DNA of 24,000 bases from Oceanispirochaeta sp. (GTDB lineage Bacteria > Spirochaetota > Spirochaetia > DSM-2461): NCBI GenBank assembly GCA_963556075.3, contig CAUVYB020000002.1:1185892-1209891 (forward strand), read 5' to 3'. The position numbers and the translations under genes were made by a program. Every line of letters starts with the position of its first letter. Position 1 is the stretch's first letter. Shown here piece by piece: positions 22,455 through 24,000 of the stretch. A model generated the notes under the pieces. It was not told the origin of the DNA, made no database searches, and worked only from the letters and a program-made list of their open reading frames with translations.

Positions 22455-23660
22455 TTGAAAAAAACACTTGATGACGCCTTCCAGGATTTCCCCATACTGG
22501 AAGACGGTTATGCCTATCTGGACAACGCGGCCACCACACAGAAACCCCGAGCCGTCCTCGATGCGGTGCAGGACTACTATAAGACATGCAACGCCAACGC
22601 CTACAGAGCCATCCACCGCTGGGGCGAAGAGGCCACCAGACGTTATGAAGAGGCAAGGACGAAGGTCGCCGCCTTTATCAATGCCCCTTCGCCACAGCAG
22701 ATCATCTTCACATCGGGCGCCACAGACGGTATCAATCTCGTAGCCGATTCCTTCACCCGTCGCTATATAGCTCCCGGCGATGAAATTCTGATCACAGCCA
22801 TGGAACATCACAGCAACATCGTCCCCTGGCAGATCAGGGGCGAGCAGGCGGGAGCCGTTCTGAAGTACATCCCGGTTCTGGAAAACGGCGATCTGGACCT
22901 TGAATCCCTGAACAGATTCCTGACCCCCCGGACCCGGCTTCTGGCTCTGACCCATGTTTCCAATGTGCTGGGGACCGTAAATCCGGTCAAAAAAATCATA
23001 GAAGAGGCTCATAAACGGCAGATCCCCGTCCTGGTGGATGCGGCCCAGAGCGTTCCCCATATGCCGGTGGATGTGCAGGATATGGGCTGCGACTTCCTTG
23101 TTTTTTCAGGGCACAAGAGCTGCGCCCCTATGGGCACGGGAGTGCTGTACGCCAAGAGGGAGCTTCTGGAGGAACTGCCGCCCTTCCGCGGAGGCGGGCA
23201 GATGATCAGGTCCGTTTCACGGGACTATAGCGAATGGAACACCATCCCCCATAAGTTTGAGGCGGGGACGCCCAATATAGCCGGAGCTGTCGGACTGGCG
23301 GCGGCGATCGACTATCTTGAAAGCTGGGGAATGGATACGATTGACAAAAAGGAGAAAGAACTGACAAAACTCCTCCTGAAGGGCCTGGAGGATCTGAAGG
23401 ATTATACCGTCCACGGCCGTCCCTCTCAAAGATCGGGAATCATCTCCTTCTCCCACAAAGAGTACCACGCTCATGATCTTGCCCAGTATCTCGATGAAAA
23501 AGGCTTTGCCCTCAGGGCGGGGCAGCACTGCGCCCATCTCCTGGCCGGAGAGCTGAAAATCGGAGCCTCCCTGAGAGCCAGTGTCTATCTCTACAACAGC
23601 AGAGAGCAGATTATCGATTTCCTTGAAAAACTGGACCGGGCCTCGGGCAATTTATTTTGA
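22455..23660 (+). CDS. sufS: Cysteine desulfurase, SufS/CsdA-type class V aminotransferase
   Basis: The 401-aa protein has YLDNAATTQKP and HHSNIVPWQ, the PLP-binding Lys in FSGHKSCAPMGTGVLYAK, and the active-site Cys in RAGQHCA. It starts at TTG, 9 nt after AGGAG. Confidence 0.88.
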   Translation: MKKTLDDAFQDFPILEDGYAYLDNAATTQKPRAVLDAVQDYYKTCNANAYRAIHRWGEEATRRYEEARTKVAAFINAPSPQQIIFTSGATDGINLVADSFTRRYIAPGDEILITAMEHHSNIVPWQIRGEQAGAVLKYIPVLENGDLDLESLNRFLTPRTRLLALTHVSNVLGTVNPVKKIIEEAHKRQIPVLVDAAQSVPHMPVDVQDMGCDFLVFSGHKSCAPMGTGVLYAKRELLEELPPFRGGGQMIRSVSRDYSEWNTIPHKFEAGTPNIAGAVGLAAAIDYLESWGMDTIDKKEKELTKLLLKGLEDLKDYTVHGRPSQRSGIISFSHKEYHAHDLAQYLDEKGFALRAGQHCAHLLAGELKIGASLRASVYLYNSREQIIDFLEKLDRASGNLF

Positions 23661-23676
23661 ATTTTAAGGCTCCCCC

Positions 23677-23705
23677 CTGTCAAACTGCATTTTTGGAAGT
23701 ATAAT
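23677..23705 (+). promoter_or_regulatory. Possible sigma70 promoter of the response-regulator gene
   Basis: CTGTCA (23677-23682), a 17-nt spacer, then a perfect TATAAT (23700-23705). If real, it overlaps ATG 23704 and favours the downstream GTG 23803 start. Confidence 0.3.
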
Positions 23706-24000
23706 GTCTAGAACTTTCGTTATTTCCCCTCCAGACAGTAACAAAGTCTTAGAAAGATTTAAAAAAAAAGAACATAATGAATATATACGGAGAAAACAGT
23801 TAGTGCCATCAAAGACCATTTTAATCATTGAGGATGAGCCTATTATAGGCATGGAACTTCAGGAATCTCTCAGTCTGAAGGGGTATAAGGTGCCCGAGGT
23901 GGTGCAGAACGCCGACAGCGTTATGCCTTCGGTGATAAAGCATAAACCGGATCTTGTCATCATGGATATCTACCTAAAAAGTTTCATAGACGGCATCGAT
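23704..24000 (+). CDS. Response regulator receiver domain protein, 5' part; runs off the right edge
   Basis: It is absent from the ORF track because it is truncated. My translation gives ...KTILIIEDEPIIGMELQESLSLKGYKVPEVVQNADSVMPSVIKHKPDLVIMDIYLKSFIDGID, with the acidic pair DE and the phospho-acceptor D in VIMDI. The frame is open from ATG 23704. GTG 23803, with GGAG 10 nt upstream, would give the canonical short N-terminus. Confidence 0.8.
   Translation, partial: MSRTFVISPPDSNKVLERFKKKEHNEYIRRKQLVPSKTILIIEDEPIIGMELQESLSLKGYKVPEVVQNADSVMPSVIKHKPDLVIMDIYLKSFIDGID

Noticed and set aside
22404-23060. 218-aa ORF on the minus strand, with nested short ORFs at 22375..22656 and 22808..22999
   Set aside because: They are antisense to the sufS-type gene, which has clear PLP and active-site motifs. 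They have no SD and no motifs.
1-24000. Screen for CRISPR arrays, tRNA/rRNA/tmRNA genes, prophage or integron features, and toxin-antitoxin or defence islands
   Set aside because: I saw no regularly spaced direct repeats, no cloverleaf-capable or rRNA-like segments, no integrase, and no clustered small-ORF pairs. The gene content is housekeeping or metabolic apart from the single RAYT-like gene.

Overview
The window is about 50% GC and densely coding. It looks like ordinary chromosome from a motile diderm bacterium; the taxon cannot be determined from the sequence alone. I support 23 protein genes and found no rRNA, tRNA or CRISPR. Left to right: a LacI-controlled sugar ABC uptake locus (permease fragment, lipoprotein SBP, LacI) with three cre-like palindromic operators; feoAB diverging from a DtxR-family regulator; a flavin reductase-like protein; a translationally coupled LPP20-like lipoprotein and FlgO/TolB-N-like + TPR pair; lon; a solitary IS200-like/RAYT-like HUH-Y1 transposase gene; an XRE-cupin regulator with leuCD-type dehydratase subunits; an NCS2 nucleobase permease; an MCP co-transcribed with a secreted retropepsin-like protease; hpt; two tandem paralogous beta-barrel OMP genes; an acyl-ACP thioesterase; a lone sufS-type cysteine desulfurase; and a response-regulator fragment at the right edge. 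The most unusual signal is not a gene. The non-palindromic 10-mer CCTCCGTCCC/GGGACGGAGG occurs 10 times exactly, where about 0.05 copies are expected. It lies on both strands, in intergenic DNA and inside five unrelated CDSs, with 12-14 nt extended identity among subsets. Two inverted copies bracket the RAYT-like gene. This suggests a genome-wide selected or dispersed motif (REP-like seed, uptake-signal-like or other architecture sequence), which only whole-genome counting can confirm. No clear novel multi-gene defence or secretion system is evident.
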